Below are positions 60,901-64,000 of a DNA stretch of 64,000 bases, piece by piece (position 1 is the first letter of the stretch; every line of letters begins with the position of its first letter). The stretch covers positions 65,286,001 to 65,350,000 of the forward strand of contig CM052838.1 of assembly GCA_028534125.1 (NCBI GenBank). Reading direction: 5' to 3'. The notes below the pieces were generated by a model that made no database searches, was not told the origin of the DNA, and saw nothing but the letters and a program-made list of their open reading frames with translations. The DNA is from Lama glama (Eukaryota). A program made the position numbers and the translations under genes.

Positions 60901-61824
60901 GGAGGGGTCCAGAGTCACGTTCTGCCGAGGGTCCGGGCCGAGCAGGTAAGAACTCAGCTTGGCCACGTGGAGAGACCTGCACAAGACCTCTGGGGCCGAG
61001 CTCTGGTGAGGCTGGAGGGCAGGACTGGGGACAGCGAGGACAAGGTGCTCTCAAGGAGTTCTGCTGAAAACGGGGAGAAAGCAACAGGGACGCAGAGTCA
61101 GGTAGAGCTTCCTCAGCACAGGGAGCACAAGCAGGCTGCTTATTCTCTCCCCAGATCCACGCCGAGTGCCTCCTGAACACCTGGCGCCACGCTCCACCTG
61201 GCGACTCAGAAACGCATAGTCCACTCCTGTCCACCCACGGGAGCCCGCGATGTGACGAGTCCACAGGTACGAAACGTGAATTTCGCACCATGCACAGCTC
61301 AGGCTCAGCCCTGGAGCCCAGGAGCCTGGACCCGCAGGCTGCGGTCCTCCCGTCCAGAGCCGGGACCTTGGACAGCTCGTCCCCAGCCCCCTGCCCGCAC
61401 CCCCCCACCACCACCAGAGGCCTCCTGCAGGGCCTGAGGCCTGGACGGAAACAGTCCTGGCCCTAGTCTGGTGGAGGGGCCTGGGGCAGGCTGGGACACG
61501 GGGCAGGGAGGGCCATGGGGCAGGCGCCTGGCCTGGGGAGACTTCCTGGAGGTCAAGATTCCAGGCCTGAGGAGGAAATGGGCATGGGGGACACATGGCA
61601 GACACAATGGGGAGACACAGTGGGGCACAGGAGACAGGAGAAATGGCTTGGATGTGCAGTTACGCGCAGTCTGGGGCCAACAGAGAAGAGCCTGCAGCCC
61701 AGGAACCCGGGTTCCCAGATCCAGGGCTGCACGGTTCTCCCTTCAGAGCACAGGCCCTGCGGCACCCGCGTCCCCTGAAGCATAACTTCCAGGTGGGGGT
61801 GGGGGGCTGGGCACTGGTGGGGCT

Positions 61825-62060
61825 TTTTAATATGCTTGTAAACTTTTGATTAGAGTAGAGCACACATGCAGAAAAAGTGCACATAGAACGAGTGTCCGGG
61901 TTGAGTAACTTTTACAGAGTGGACACACCAGGCAGTCGGCAGAGTCAGGAGACAGCGTTCCCAAGGCCCTCGAGGCCTCGCGCCCCAGCTCAGGTGACAC
62001 AGGCTTGACACCTGGTGGCACAGATCAGCACTTTGTGCTCCTCATACAGAATCAGTACCT
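61825..62060 (-). mobile_element. L1 3' end fragment, antisense
   Basis: aaacttttgattagagtagagcacacatgcagaaaaagtgcacata...aactttacagagtggacacacc. Confidence 0.6.
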
Positions 62061-62994
62061 GGACCTCTCGCTCCCTCCGCCGTGTGCTAGGAGGCGCACC
62101 GGGCTGGGTGAAGCCACAGGGTGTTCACCCGCCACACAGAGCAATGCCCTCCAGGAAGACGCGCGAATTCGCTTGTCCCGGGGATGCTGTGGACGCTTGG
62201 TCTGGTTCCAGCTGCTGGCAGTTACACACAGTGCCGTGTGGACTCCCGGCGGTGTCTCTGAGTGCACGTTTGGTGGGGGCTACACCTAGGAATGCAACCC
62301 TGGGCTCTAGGTGTCAATGTCCCGAGCCAAGACCACCGGAAACAGCATGAGGCTGAGCACACTGTGTACACTCATCGCAACGAGGGAGAACAGGAGGTCT
62401 CAGGGAGTCTGGGTTTGGGCGCCTGTCATGGCATCACAAAGGCTCAGGCCGCAGGACCCCACGCAGTCAGGAGGCTGGGGCAACTGTACGATGGGCACCT
62501 TCCCCCAACCCCTGCCGCCAGGGAGGCTGGAAGGGTGAAGAGTCTAGAGCTGCGACTGCAAGCCCAGCGGGCAGGACGGGGGTCTGGTCACTTGGGCCTG
62601 GACAGTGGTGGTGTCTGTCTGTGCTCAGGCGGGATGATGGAGGGTCTTGTGTTTGTCCTGGCCCATCACGGTCAGAGGGGCTTGGCCTCTGTGAAATCGC
62701 TCATGTGCAACAAGAGACTGCCGGGGCCAGAAGCGAGGGCCAGGCCAGCTCCTGGATGCCAGGGGCTGCTACGCTCTCTTCCAGGGCTCGGCTGGGCGCC
62801 GGGCCGTCTCCCCACGGTGGTGTGTGCACACTCCCCCTGCTGGCTGGGAACAGGGCAGGTGCACGGAAGTACATGCAGCTAAGGGAAGAGACTAGGAGCA
62901 GTGGAGCTTTAAGCCAGGAGTGGCGCGGTCAGCCTGTGCTTTAAAGGGCCATCCTCCCCAGCAGCGGCGAGCACACCCACACCCAGATCTTGGT

Positions 62995-63920
62995 GTCTAA
63001 CACCTTCCCCAACTGAAAGACCAATGGACCAATGGGCTCCTTGGAGAACTGGCCGACTCTAGGTTGGGAGCGGGTGGTTCACACGACGACCCTGAAGCGT
63101 CCTCTAGCCCCAGAAATAAGGAAGTGCCCAGAAGGAGGCAAAAACAGAACAGTGAGGGCAGCACGCCACAGGACACAGGGGCCCGCGGAAGAGCTCCTGA
63201 AGGCCAAAGCTGGGCCATCTGAGCACAAAACAAACTAATACCATACAGTAGGACTGGACTGTAATGCAAAGTATAAAACAAACATCCATGAGCCACGTAG
63301 GTTTAAACAAACGACTGAATAACAAAATGAATGGGAAGAACACAAAAATCTTCTGTGCAGAAGTAATTTTATGTAGACACCTCCCCCCAAGGGGGGCGGC
63401 CCTTGGGCCCCACCCCACAAAGTGCGGGCCCTGCAGCCACTTCCTTCCGAAGAGCACAGTGTGGATGGGGGCAAAGAGTCACTTGACGGTGGAGACACCT
63501 GACACAAGCCGAGCCATGTGGCCACGGTCAGCCCCAGCGTGACGGGTTGGCCTGAGCCGCGTGGCCACGGTCAGCCCCAGCGTGACGGGCCATGTCGAGA
63601 GGATGTGCCCCCAAAATGGCGTGATGATTAGGACACTTTCCTGTGGTCTTCCCCTCAAAGACCCGTGACCCAAGTCTACCCACTAGGAAAACATCACACA
63701 AATCCCAGCTGAAGGATATTCTACAGAATTCCTGAGCAGTCATCCTCCAAACGGCCAAGGTCATCAGAACAAGGAAAGACTGAGAAACCGTCACAGTTCA
63801 GGGAGCCTAAGGACAGACGACAGTGCCCCTGGGACCCTGGATGGGGCCTGGAACACGGAGAGGACACTGAGCAGAAACAAAGGAGATCGGAACAAACCAT
63901 GGACCTCAGTTACCGAGAGT
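62995..63920 (+). mobile_element. L1MC/L1MD-like 3' UTR with an internal 43-bp tandem duplication (~63511-63590)
   Basis: gagctcctgaaggccaaagctgg...aaacatcacacaaatcccagctgaaggatattctacagaa...aaggtcatcagaacaaggaaagactgagaaaccgtcacag. Confidence 0.8.
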
Positions 63921-64000
63921 CGTGACGCCTGATCTCACGTGTCACGCTGCCTGGCCACGGGCGCCCAGATTGAGCAGCGATCCGGGTGCCCCTCCCTGTG

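Overview
Mammalian genomic DNA, very GC-rich and most likely from a camelid, judging by a Vic-1-like tRNA-derived SINE at ~51.25-51.43 kb. Two genes converge tail-to-tail. DPYSL4 (CRMP3) has its last eight coding exons on + (803-6001, stop 5999-6001). STK32C (YANK3 kinase) has ten coding exons on - (19425 down to the stop at 8791-8793). All 18 exons have AG/GT boundaries and consistent phases; exon numbering follows the human genes as I recall them. The rest of the window (19.4-64 kb) is STK32C upstream intron: old L1, L2, MIR, MaLR and ERV1-like fossils, minisatellites and a 500-N gap. The expected Gly-rich-loop exon 2 is not visible and probably lies in that gap. The most notable observation is a ~1-kb Mutator-like (MULE) DNA transposon fossil at 23375-24390, with imperfect TIRs and a decayed DDE transposase segment, nested in an ERV1-like internal remnant. 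Also of note: a candidate alternative first coding exon of STK32C (MGHET, phase-1 donor, ~39.25 kb), a ~190-bp direct repeat bracketing exons 9-10, two stop-free in-frame short introns, and a possible 3'UTR overlap of the two genes. Repeat family names come from recalled consensus similarity, not database searches.
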